From positions 18,972,001-19,036,000 of the forward strand of contig CM120642.1 of NCBI GenBank assembly GCA_051362555.1: a stretch of DNA of 64,000 nt. The letters run 5' to 3'. This stretch comes from Lingula anatina. Taxonomy: Eukaryota > Animalia > Brachiopoda. Made by a program: the position numbers and the translations under genes. A model generated the notes under the pieces. It had not been told where the DNA came from, made no database searches, and worked only from the letters and a program-made list of their open reading frames with translations. Each line of letters opens with the position of its first letter. Position 1 is the first letter of the stretch. Of the stretch, positions 49,577 to 62,000 are shown one piece after another.

Positions 49577-51977
49577 GTTCTCGACGTTTACTAACGCAAT
49601 CAACCCACTTTATACCCACGCTGCTGTCTTATGAGAGGTTGGTGAATTTCAATGACGTCTTAAACCAATGTTGCGATAAATTATGGCTGACATGTGACTA
49701 AATTGCATTTTAGACCTTGCTGGGTTACGTGGACTTGCAATGGATAGAAAAAACCACATACCATTTGATAATTATGGAGTTCGGTATTTAATACTAACGA
49801 AGGAGAGGTACTCAAAGGCATACATTGCGCTCGAATGAGGCCTTTCTTTTACCCAAAATGAATTATCTCGGAAATTGTAAAAATTTTCTGTGAATTACTG
49901 AGGTATATACGACATAAAACTGACAAGAAAATTTTATATTCCTTAAAAAGCGAATTTTGTGAATTTGCGAAATTAGCCTTGTTGCATGCTATGTATTTGA
50001 AACAGCTTTTTTTCATCCTTTAAGCAATTTTTTCTGAAGTTTTTGTTTTGTCTCCAGCGTGTACACCTCATTATCTTTAATTATTTTTTACATCCAAGTA
50101 TAGTAAAACTACGGTGACAGGTACAATGTATCAAAATGCACATTTAAATTTGTAAAACATTAGTAAATCATTTATTGTGCAATTTGTTCAGATTTATTGC
50201 ATGCTGGTTTTGTTTTGTTTTTATTTTTTTCACATACATCAAATGAAACAAAGGTCACCCTTCCTTTCAAGAAAGTGCACATGAAATATTTTAATGAGTG
50301 ATCACGATATTAGGACGTCACGCGCTACTACTAATGGAATCTTTGCAACAGACTACGATACTTAAAGAGAGAAGGGCATTACGAATTAGATTTGTCAACA
50401 AATATCAAGTGTTCCCTAATCGGCCTCAAATAGCGCTTAGCGTCAAATTACCTTAAGGGGGAATGCCATTAAAAAGCAATTCAAATATACGTGCACGTTC
50501 TGTAAACAAAATTAACCTGTTCCAATGTTGTACTTGTCTCTTTTATACTATAGTCTCTTGTGTAATTTACAATAATAAAACAAACCCCCATGAACAGCAA
50601 CTGTACTTTTATTCTTGAGAGCGAATATAACTTCTCATGGCCTTCATCCCAATAGTGATTACAAGCACTAGTTAAGAGGGCGGGAAATATCAACTAGTCA
50701 TCAAAAGTGATCCTGAGAGGCGTGGAAGCGTTTAATTGTCCGCAAGATAATATTTATTTATTTATTTACTTTTGGAATGGGAACAAGAAAATAAGCTGCA
50801 CGAATGAAGGCCTGGAATAAACTTATTTTATTGCTGTGTGTTTTTAAATAAAATGTCTACAAGAAGCTTTGTATTCTCTACAGGTACAAACTGTTGTATT
50901 CAAACTAAAACTAGTTTTTTTAGCATAATTTGAAGGAGAATAAGAGCGACAAAGAGGTATGGAACTAAACCAAACTCTATTGTATGTCTTTCATGTTTAC
51001 TGAAAATTACAAAGTCTACATAGTAAGAAAATGAATGATGTAGCATGATCAAGCCCCCTTTTCACTGGACAGCGTCCTTTCTGCGTCTTTGTGCGACCAT
51101 TAAACTGGCATGGCTGTGGTCGTAGAAAGAAGGCATAAGCATCGCTTTGGTTACAGAACGACTGCTCAATGATCGGCCAGTTGTCGGCACGTAAAGTATT
51201 ATTATTATTATCATTTACCCACAAACGGGGCAGTACTACGGAACGCAGAAAGGACCCCTTCCAGTGCAAAGGGGGCTTAAGAGAGTTTAGGGCTCATGTA
51301 GCAGTTAATCCTGTTTGCCACTATTACACCCCATGTATACCATTTTCGTTCATATATTTTTCAAACCCCGCTTTAGCTGCTTGTTACCTTTAAACTGGCG
51401 GTGGATGAAATCGTTGGTCCAATGTGAATGACATTGCAAACATGAAAATTTGGAATTTTGAAAAACACCCATATGTGTGAAAATATGAAGGAGAAACCTT
51501 TAAAGTGTCTTTGTATACACATCTTAAATAAAGTTCAAGGTGAAATATTGAAAACAATGGTAATGCCTTTTCAGGGCCGTTGCCATGACGTAGCCTATAA
51601 TGATTTGCGTGTCTCGCATACATTGCAATGTTACCATGGAAATGACCACGATACAACCTTGTCCTGTAGCGATAACTCACCTATAAGATGATGTTTAATG
51701 TCTATTTAGAGTTTTTATTTGTATGCCCAAATGGAGGGCACTAGCACATACAGTCAAAGTTAATGATAAAAGTTAAAACTTAAGAGTTTAGAAACTGGGT
51801 GTGATATGCTGTTCAATAGTAACACGTATTCCAAGGGCATTCAAAAAAGAAAACATTGTAACATTTTCAGACGAGGCCTGCTTGTGAAATTTTACAAATA
51901 TTTCAATTGTCAATTAAACGTTTGGCTTGAATTGAGGGCCCGCCTTTTGTTCACACGGCACGGCGTTATTCTATCCT

Positions 51978-52913
51978 CTAAAAGTCATCTTCGTCATCAT
52001 CTTCGAGATCGTCCGCCAATAGACGAATCAATTCCTGAAATAATGCACAATTTTGCAAAAAATAAGGTACACAGTCGTCGATTACCTCTCTCTATTTTTC
52101 TCTTTGTCATTGGGAAATCACGGCTGTCAGGTATTAGATACTGCAGCACAAAAAATTAGTTTCTGAATGACTAAACAAACTTTTATAACTACCTCCGCCA
52201 AGGAGGTTATGTTTTCACCCCTGTTTGTTTGTCTGTCTGTTTGTCAACAGCATAACTCAAAAGGTTATGGATGAATTTCGATGGAATTTTCAGGGTAGGT
52301 CAGAAATGGGTTTACTTAGAAGTAATTACTTTGTGGTGGTGATCCGGATCAATAATCAATCAATAATCAATTATCAAAAATAAAAAACTAAGCATTATAG
52401 AATAGGGGTGAAACGGCATTGGGTGGAGGCTCTGCTGCCTTGGCGGAGGTCTGAGCTCTCGGAATGCTTAATAATAATAATAATAATAAAAAGATGAAAC
52501 TTACGTACATATGCAAGAGCCTACCTTTTCAATGTCTATCATTTCATTTCTTTCGGCATTTCTGTCAGCCCTTTCGCGAGAAACAACTAATCTACGGCGC
52601 CTTGCTGATTTTGACAAAAATATATATTACCAGTAAGTTTCGTTATTAAAGATTTTAATGTGTATGCATGCATAATGACAAGTTTGCGTTTGGGTGTTGG
52701 AAAAGTATATAGACTATTTATCACGGTCTTTTGACATTTTAATGTATTTTTTTATAATTAAAACTTTAAAAAATGATACACTAAAAGTATGATTTGGATG
52801 AAGAACAAAAATGAGTTTTACTCACTCGCAAACCCATGCACCTCCGAAATGGTAAACAACTGCACAAGTAGCAAGGTCACCAGAATAAAAACCAACGCTC
52901 GGTGCTTCTCCAT
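51978..52913 (-). CDS. Secreted poly-Arg peptide precursor, gene D (74 aa; paralog of B)
   Basis: Exons 52913-52826, 52604-52525 and 52034-51978: MEKHRALVFILVTLLLVQLFTISEVHGFATRRRRLVVSRERADRNAERNEMIDIEKELIRLLADDLEDDDEDDF*. Confidence 0.85.
52190..52469. mobile_element. Short HINE/Helentron-like element in gene D intron 2
   Basis: Subterminal inverted repeats ACCTCCGCCAAGG (52191) / CCTTGGCGGAGGT (52438-52450), a (GTYT)n microsatellite, a GATCCGGATC palindrome and a short 3' hairpin. Absent from gene B intron 2. Confidence 0.8.
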
Positions 52914-53180
52914 TCCTGCGACTTTTACTACGTACTATAGCTCCGAATACAAGGCGGGTCGCGGTCAAAATATAAATATTCTCGAAAGAATGACAAATTC
53001 CTTATAAACACTATATGGTTGAAGAGTTGCCTGGTCATTCACGCTTGCTTTGTCGACGGAACGGTTGGCGACTTCAGTAATTTAAATGTATTTTCATAGC
53101 CTCTTTCGTCATGCATGACCAAACTGAACGCATATATTAACATTAAATGAAGAGGATTTACTAGCGTTTATGGTGCTTGA

Positions 53181-53350
53181 CAGGGGCGGAACCACAGATA
53201 TTTTCTGACAGTCTTCCAAATTATCTTTCTTGATCCATCATCCTTTTTTGACCCTATTCCGACAGAAAAAAAATTTGATACCCGTCAATGTAAAGTTGAA
53301 AACCTGACCATCTTCTGGAAGACCCAGAAGACGGCCTCAGTCCGCCCCTG
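53181..53350. mobile_element. 170-bp MITE upstream of gene D
   Basis: TIR CAGGGGCGGA / TCCGCCCCTG with 5-bp TSD CTTGA. Empty site in the paralog at about 40748-40760 (tgcttgaggcgat). Confidence 0.9.
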
Positions 53351-53515
53351 CTTGAGGCGATAGATATTGTTCTTCAGTTAAAACATTTCAGTGACTTTTG
53401 TACGTCGTTAGCATGATCAATGAAATACGAGGTTAGACGTAGAGGTTTTAAAAATTGTTTTGAAAGAACGAATATTTTGAGACTTGCATCAGACAGCATG
53501 ATAAAGGATCAACGG

Positions 53516-53696
53516 CAGGCCCGTAGCCAGGGGGGGGGGGGGGGGGGGGTTCGGGGGGTTCGAAAGAACCGCCCCTTTTGCTGGGAAAAGGTCCACTCTG
53601 GGTAAAATTTGATCTAGGTACATGAAGTTTTCATGGGAAAAGGTCCACTTTTTCAGAAAACGAACCCCCCTTTTGAAATTGCTGGCTACGGGCCTG
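53516..53696. mobile_element. 181-bp MITE upstream of gene D
   Basis: TIR CAGGCCCGTAGCCAG / CTGGCTACGGGCCTG with 5-bp TSD AACGG. Empty site in the paralog at about 40911-40930 (aaggatcaacggtaacatta). Confidence 0.9.
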
Positions 53697-54810
53697 AACG
53701 GTAACATTAAGCTTATGTTACTTTGATAATATGTTTCTTTTTTTAGCAAATTGAATATTACAAAGAGACTTAAACATGTTTTAACATTAAAATACAAAGA
53801 AATACAAATCTGCCAACGAGGTTTTTAATTTGACCATTTATTTTCCCAGGAAATCTTTGCAGGTACACAAGGTCAATCTTACGTCCATCACAATAATATT
53901 TAAATGAGAAAATGTTCTAATTGATTTCTACAGTAAAGTACAAAAGTTTTGGGACTCGATTCAACTTTTCTAAATCAACCCTGCTCTTTATACATCCTTT
54001 TTTTACACCATTGATATTTTTATTCTTTTATTCTTTCTTTTATTCTTTTTATTTATCTTTTTAAATTCACTTATGCATTTAAGACAATAAAGTGAGATGG
54101 GGTGGTTAAGTTGTGGTTAAATTCTTGCGGTCTTCCAATAATCACCATGACGCCAAGTTTAATTAGTGGTCAAATTCGTAATAAAGACTTCATGGTCACT
54201 GCATGTAAATAGCTCTACTCCAGAACCAAGTCTACGGGTTTTTAAGATTATCGTAGCACCAATAACGTACAGATACATGTACATCAGTGAGAGACGATGC
54301 ATGATTATCCAAAATAAATATTCCAAATAATTGGAACAAGTACCTGATATTAGGCATAATCTACAGAAAAATATCCGGAGGATTTCAAGCAAGAGTAGAT
54401 AAGTGCGACAGGGCACTAATAGATAAAAAATTATTTATTTATTTTTTTGGGGGGGTTGGGGTGGATACAGCGTTTTGGGATCAGAAATCTATAGTACCCT
54501 CTCCTTGCCGATGAAGATACAAATACGAACTACGCATGATAATTCTGTCTTTGACTGACTATTATTTCTATAAAATACAAAGTACATAAACATTTCTACG
54601 GGAGATACATGTACAATGCATACTTAGACAAGTGTTCTTAATCGCTTAAGGTTAACCTTACAATTACACTTGGCCAAGAACCACTCGAACGACGCACCTC
54701 AAAAATAAAGAATTGATACTTTGGTAGGTTTCACAATTTTTTCTCACTTTTCTGCTACGAAATAACGAAAAAATGAAATTGGAAATTTATTAAGAAGTTT
54801 ATACACATCT

Positions 54811-54857
<47 letters not shown>

Positions 54858-55293
54858 TTGTTTTTAATGGCTCGTTTTATAGTTGATTTCATGGGAGTGT
54901 CATTCCCCATTTCGGTACTTGCAATCCTTTTGTTAAGGGATAAAAAATTGCCCATGATTTACGCTTGGAATACAAAACTAAAATAAAGCATAGAAATCTT
55001 TTGATTTTATTTATTTATAAATGTGTAAACGTGTGAACTGTAGGGATTTGATGACAAAATAATATTTTTGCTAAGATATAAATTCAGTATTTAATGTCTG
55101 AAGAAAATCCTCTGATGGTTATCAGTGACATTATAGTAGTGTTGAGATGACCGCCGTGAGCTGCACACGTAAGGGGGTTTAAAGCGTCGAGTAAACAATT
55201 GAAACGTTTAAAACGTTGTAGCATAACAACCGGGACTTAACCGACTGTAGCAACGTCGTTTCTCATGAAATTCTGTTCTCCATAGAAATTCAC

Positions 55294-57233
55294 TTATCCA
55301 GAGTCGTTTTCATCCTCTTCGATTCCATCTTCAAGCAGCTTGACCAATTTCTCCTGTAAAACAGAAAGATGATTCTATCTGATTTTATAAAATATATATT
55401 GATATTAATTTAATTAATTACACCCGCCGAGGAAGTTATGTTAATCAGCTGAGTTCGTCTGTTTATCTGTCGCACCCAACTCAAATTAGTTACACGTGTA
55501 GGTGGATTTTGTTGAAAATTTCACGATAGGGTAAAGATGGGTTAAATAAGAAATAATTCTTTTTTGGTAGTGATCCGGATCACTATTTGGAGCCAAGAAT
55601 TTAAAAAGGATTCTAATGCCATTGCGAGATAGGCCAGAAGATTATGAAATTTTGCATACGCGTAGGCAGTTTTCAGTGCCTTATTTTGCACAAGGTAGTG
55701 CGTCACAGCATTGTTGCTATGCGCTAGGGTTGACATTTCCAGACAGATCATTGTGTCAATAAATAAATAAACACATAATATAAATAATATAAAATAAATA
55801 AATAAATAAATAAATAAATAAAAAACGCTCCGTACAGTCTTACAAAGGTATGTCCAGTCGGGCGTGCCTACGGAGAGGTCACGCCCAAGGCCTTCCAAAT
55901 CTTACCACCAGGAAACATGCCCTAATTTATATTCTTACAATTGTGCTGCTTCAACATAGGATCCCCCGTTCCGTTCAGAATAAGAACCAGATTGCCTCCA
56001 GAAATCGATGTTTGGCGCAGTCAAACGACATTTTATGGCGACAACAACCTCCAGAGTTTATTTACGCACATGCGCATTCCGCGCATGCTCGATTCTTCCG
56101 AAAGAGGGTACATGTTGCTGCCTCTCTGCAACCTCACAAACGAAATGTGTGCAGGATCGCTTGTATCCCTAAGGCCATAAAATTTAATACAGGCAACGAT
56201 TTGTTGTAAAACGTTGTTGAAATGATTAGGATAGTGGGATAATATAATTAAAGCGGCCTTGTTTGGCCAAATCTCGAACAACCGCTTTTCTCTGTTGCCT
56301 TCTTTGTGTGGACTATGAAGGTTTGTGGTTAACTGGGATGGAGGAGACATAAACAGGCCCGTGGCCAGCAATTGCAAAATGTTTTTTTCTGAAAATATAG
56401 ACCTTTTCTCATGGAACCTCAGTTTACCTACAGCAAGTTTACCCAGAGTGGACTTTTTCCCAGCAAAAAGGGGGGATCTTTTTCTGAAAATTTAGAATTT
56501 TTTCATTGGAACCTAAGTTTGCCTTGATCAAAATTACACAGAGTGGACCTTTTCCCCACAAAAATCGTTTAAACTAAACCTGGCTACGAACCCCGAACTC
56601 CCCCCCCCGGTTACGGGCCTGCATAAAGCGTTTTTAAAGACCCATTGTGAACTTCAGTCTGGCTTAAGCAGGTAACTATACATAACAACCTCTGAAAAAA
56701 CCTCTGTGAACAGGGCAACATCATCTTCTATTTATGCAATGAATTGGGAACCATGAACTTTTCTAAGCACAACACTGGAATCATTTATAAGGCCAAACGT
56801 CATCTGTACTGTCAAAGTGGTCAAATAAGAGTGTAAGTTAAAACAACCTACCAATCTGGTATTTTCAAGGGCATCGTCAAACTTTTCCACTCCCTGATTT
56901 CTTTCCTCGTCCGCGAGGTCTGCACCTGAAATAAAGCCACGGCGCCGACGACGTCTCAAGCCTGAAGTATAAAGATCACACATTATGGTGGTGACCTGTT
57001 TTACGTTATTTAGTTGAAACTATGTCTAAAATCCGTTTTTTCCAAACCCAGAGAGTGAAATACATGTAAGACAGAATCTTTTGATGAAAATGAAAATATG
57101 AAGAATAAATTATTCTGCTTGATATTATACGAATGAAAAGGAGACAGGAAAGAGAAATACCTTCAGAATCAGCAAACATCTGCACGACTAACAAAGTCAC
57201 CAGAAGTAAGGCTAACACTCTGTACTTGTCCAT
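55294..57233 (-). CDS. Secreted poly-Arg peptide precursor, gene E (80 aa; divergent member)
   Basis: Exons 57233-57161, 56961-56852 and 55353-55294: MDKYRVLALLLVTLLVVQMFADSEGLRRRRRRGFISGADLADEERNQGVEKFDDALENTRLEKLVKLLEDGIEEDENDSG*. Same intron phases (1, 0) as genes A-D, and a TATAAAA about 75 bp upstream. Confidence 0.85.
55419..55680. mobile_element. Degenerate HINE-like element in gene E intron 2
   Basis: Begins acacccgccgaggaagttatgtt (compare acctccgccaaggaggttatgtt at 52191), followed by a gtctgttt-like tract and GATCCGGATC. The right boundary is approximate. Confidence 0.5.
56354..56621. mobile_element. CAGGCCCGT-type MITE in gene E intron 2
   Basis: Termini CAGGCCCGT / ACGGGCCTG flanked by cataaa on both sides. 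Same family as 53516-53696. Confidence 0.8.
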
Positions 57234-57976
57234 GTCGATGTATAGTTTTTGCCTTTTTAACCAACACGCGAACACACAGTCCACTGGTCCACTGTAGGAT
57301 GGCCATCCTTTTATACCACACAGGACCGGCGTATCCAAGTTGTTTGGGATTAGAAACCGGTCATCAGTCCTTTTAAAATACATATAATAAATCAATAAAT
57401 CACCTTCACTCACTTAACACTTAAGAGTCCGTTTTTGCTAAAAAAAGTTTTAAAAAAGCCATTTATGGTCGAGTGGTTTAACTATGAGAAGGGGTGCCGG
57501 ACCGAGACGTCAAAAACAAGTTGTTTTGCAGCGTTTGTAGGAAATGATGCTATTTCCAAATGTCAGTAGTGCCTCGGCCGTTTACAACAGCACTGGAGCA
57601 TAGACATTTTATAGTCTTGCGGTCAGAAAACGAATGTCAAAAATCACCGGGCGACGGGACATTAAAGGTATCAAGGCTACACGAAATATTTCTTGTTTAA
57701 AGATTTAATGTATTTACATACCTGGATGTGTAAACAGGGGAATGTTTCGTAGTTGATTATTATCTTAAATAATTAAATTATATATATGATTTTCACTGAT
57801 TAATTTTTATTTGTTACCTGTTTCGGTCACTGTAATTTAATCATCGACTATTTTGATCTATTGCGATCGTAAACAACCAACGCGACTATGTTCATGAATA
57901 AGATTTAGATTCAGTGGAGGTTGGATATGTAAATACAAAATCTTGCAAATAAAACAGGAGACCGTTGTGGTGTACC

Positions 57977-58118
57977 GGCCCCGTAACTCGAAAGCGTATT
58001 GGGAATAGCGATATTACATAGAGGCTACAATGTATTATATGGGGCGAGTATGGGCGAGTTATGGAATTGAGACGCTTGCGCTCGGTCGCAATGCGCGTTG
58101 CTTTCGAGTTACGGGGCC
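57977..58118. mobile_element. 142-bp MITE (PIF/Harbinger-like termini)
   Basis: Perfect 19-bp TIR GGCCCCGTAACTCGAAAGC / GCTTTCGAGTTACGGGGCC. TSD unclear. Confidence 0.75.
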
Positions 58119-58154
58119 CTGGTGTTTTATGACTTTTAAGTCACTCGGTTACTA

Positions 58155-58938
58155 TGTCACCTCTACGGAGTGACCGGCTGCCCTAGCACCGGATAACCTT
58201 TTAATGTGTTATTTTAGGTTTGAAAATAATGTTACACAACGTTGTGGTCTTATGCTTAGGGAAACTAAGCAAGATAACCACACCAAAAATGATAGTAAAA
58301 TCACAAAGTCCAAATTGCTGACGACGGAACATGAAAAATAAGAAATAGCATGTTTCTAAAAACTGAACGTTATTTAGCCAAGTGAGATCTCTTTATATGA
58401 AATTTATGCAATTGCTGACAAGCAAACGTAAATGAAATTATAAAATTCGTTTATTGAGTTTCATTTCAAACAGATATATACATATCAATGTTGTAACTGT
58501 AACAGTTTTTATTACTGTAAAATAAAAGACAACTTCAGCCTACGAGATCTAAGAGAAAGTCTTTATTTTTACATAAATTACATAGTTTGCTAAATAAATA
58601 TTTAAATTAAACAATATATTGATAATAACTAAATAATGAGAGTTAATCAAATAATATATGGCTAATATAAATTAAAGATAAAAAGAAAATAATTTTACCT
58701 GTAAAATAAAAGACAACTTCAGCCTACGAGATCTAAGAGAAAGTGAGGAATCGGACAAAGGAAATTACCGGTTAGAGACTTTAAACCAATGAAAAGCAAG
58801 AACGTATAAAGACAGAAAACAAGGAATAAGAAAGAAATCAGGGAATACAGAAAATAAGGAATGGAAACATACAAACGGAACAGACTGAAAATATGACAAA
58901 ATAAATAAAAATTTAAGAAAATAAATACTACTATTACA
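58155..58938 (-). repeat. Putative 3' LTR of the Gypsy element
   Basis: On the minus strand, a polypurine tract AAGGGGGGAGGA (58939-58950) is followed immediately by TGTAATAG. The candidate end ...GGTGACA is at 58155, preceded by ATTAAA; an alternative end lies near 58492. The 5' LTR is outside the window, so the far boundary is unverified. Confidence 0.6.
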
Positions 58939-59030
58939 TCCTCCCCCCTTACATGAAAGCTGGTCCTACAGCTTTAAAATTACTGACTCAGTTCGTTTTA
59001 ATTTTTTCCGTTTCTTAGAGATTTTCTGGG

Positions 59031-62000
59031 TTATGGTATTGGGTTTTTACGGGATCTAGTCAAAGGGCCCCGATAAGTAGAGTTGTCACTGTCTGAGTCT
59101 GATGAAGAAGAAGAAGACGGGACAGGTGAAGGATTACTTGAGATTTTTTTCTGTTTTCTTTTTGATGGTATTGGTCTATTGACGGGGAAAATGGGTAAGG
59201 ATGTTAAAGGAAGGAGCATGTTCCGATGTAAAGTTTTTTCTGAGCCTTTGCCAGTCTCCGGCTTAACCACAAAGACTGGTATGTCAGTATTGGGTTGATT
59301 TATTACCAAGAATACCTCTGGTTTCCACTTGTCAGCTAATTTGTTTTTTCCTTTCAGACCTACATTCCTCACCAATACACGGTCACCAACTGTAATGCCA
59401 ACATAATTCACCTTCTGATCGTAAGTTTCTTTCTGTCTGGTTTGAGATTTGTTGATTTGCTGAGAAGCCAGTTCATAAGCATACGTCAACTTCTCTTTAA
59501 GTTGACACACATATTCCGGATAGGAGGACGATAGGACGGGATCTTTAGGGTTCTGAAATAGGAGGTCTATAGCTAATCTTGGATGATGGCCAAACATCAG
59601 AAAAAATGGTGAGAAGCCAGTAGTTTTGTTCTTTGTGCAGTTGTAAGCGTGTACCAAGGACGGAACATATTTTTTCCAGTCTTTCTTTTCATCGGGGTCA
59701 AGAGTACCTAACATACCCAATAAAGATCTGTTGAACCTTTCAACCTGCCCATTCCCCATAGGGTGATACGGAGTTGTTCGCGACTTCACTATTCCACCTA
59801 ATTTACACAATTCTTGTATTGTGTCTGACTCAAAGTTTCGACCTTGGTCGCTGTGAAGTCTCTCTGGAAAACCATAATGCACAATGAAATTATTGTACAA
59901 AGCTTCAGCTGTAGTCTTGGCGGTCTGATTTTTAGTTGGTATAGCGAAAGCATATCGGGTAAAATGATCGGTAATGACAAGAACATTGCCCACACCACCT
60001 TTGCAATCCTCAATAGACAAGTAATCAATGCAGACCAACTGCAATGGATAAGATGAAGATATAGAAGTGAGGTAAGTGTCTTGTTTGGTAGGGGACTTAC
60101 GTACAATACACCGCCCACATTGTGACACATGCTGTATGACGTCACGAGTCATACCAGGCCAATAAAATCTAACCCTCATCAAATCCAGAGTGCGCTCACG
60201 ACCCGGATGTCCCATGCTTTCATGACAACCAGTGATTGCCTTGGACCTGTAGCTTTGTGGAAGAACCAACTGGAAATTTACATTACCATCAATCTTTCTT
60301 CTTCTGTAAAGGACATTTTCTCTAAGAACAAGTTTGGGGAATTCACGTTTGAAAACATTCCCTTCAAATCCAAGTTTGGTATAATCTACTGGTTTTCCCT
60401 GCACTGCTGCTACTATGTGTTTCAATACAGGATCCTCACCTTGAATCACACTCCAATGCTGCATTTGTTCAGAATTTTGTTCACCTGAAACACTATGCGC
60501 ATCTATCAAGGACGTATCTTCCACAAGACCCATCTGAAAAATGGCATGAACACTTTGAGACATGATTTCTTTGCTAGCTTCAGGCCACTCGATCCTAGAA
60601 AGAGAATCAGCATCAACATTAGATTTGCCAGATCTATACATGATAGAAAAATTGTAATTGGACAACTGAGAAACCCAACGATGCCCCGTTGCGTCTAATT
60701 TTGCACTTGTCAAGAGGTAAGTGAGAGGGTTATTGTCTGTATAGACAGTGAACTCGTTCCCATAGAGGTAATCATGAAATTTGTCTGTGATAGACCACTT
60801 GAGAGCCAGAAATTCGAGTTTGTGTGCCGAATAGCGAGATTCAGCTCCATTTAGTAATCTGCTAGCAAAGGCAATAGGTTTTCTGACGCCATCTTGAACT
60901 TGATATAAAACAGCACCTAGTCCAATTGCACTAGCATCAGTGTGTAAAATGAAAGGTTTTGAAAAATCAGCAAAAGCTAAGGTGGGTGAAGATATAATGC
61001 ATTCTATAAGACGTGAAAAAGCAGAAAGTTCTTCCTCGCCCCATGTGAAGGAAGCAGATGAAGAAGAAGACTGACTGTGACGTCTTCCCTTTTTCACATT
61101 CACATTGCCTTTGGTTAGATTATGAAGGGGTTTAGCTATTTTTGAGAAGTCCTTGATGAACCTTCTATAGAAACCCACAAAACCCAAGAAACTCTGAACC
61201 TCTTTGACATTTTTGGGAATTGGCCAATTCTTGATAACCTCAATTTTTTCTGGGTCAGTTTCCACCCCCTTTTCTGACACCACATGTCCCAGATATTTAA
61301 TGGATTTCTGAAATAATTTGCATTTTTTTGGTTTGAGTTTTAAACCTGCCTCATGCAACCTTTGGAATATTTTTTCAAGTTTTTTCAAATGTTCCTCTAT
61401 CGAATTGCTGAAGACAATTATGTCATCTAGGTAAATGAGACAATCTGTCAAATACAAATCTCCCATACACGTTTCCATTAACCGTTGGAAAGTAGCTGGA
61501 GCATTGGTGCACCCATATGGCATGCGTGTACACTCAAATAAACCAAGATTCCCAACAGAAAAAGCCGTCTTGGGAATATCTGATTCCTCTATTTCAACTT
61601 GCCAGTAAGCAGATTTTAAGTCTAACACACTGAACCAAGAAGCACCATGAAGAATGTCCAAAGTCTCATCAATTCGAGGCAAAGCATAAGAATCTTTGAT
61701 GGTTTTTGAATTCAGTTTTCTCAGGTCAATACAAAACCGTAGAGCTCCATCTTTTTTTCTTACAAGCACCACACCTGATGAATATGGGCTTTCAGACCTT
61801 CTAATTACCCCCAGTTTCAGCATGTCCTGCAAATGTTCTCTTACTTCATTTATCATAGATGGAGGTATTCGACTGTGTCTTTCGGTAAAAGGCAGGTTAT
61901 CCGTAAGATTTATGTGATGCTTTGTGATGTTAGTGTGACCTAAATCTAAGTCATTTTTGCTAAACACAGACTGCCATTTTTTTAACATGCAAGTGACTTT

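Larger units (their letters stand above)
47183..56905. repeat. Segmental duplication, block 2 (genes C, D and the 3' part of E)
   Basis: Colinear with 35700-47070. The initial offset is 11483 bp. Confidence 0.9.
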
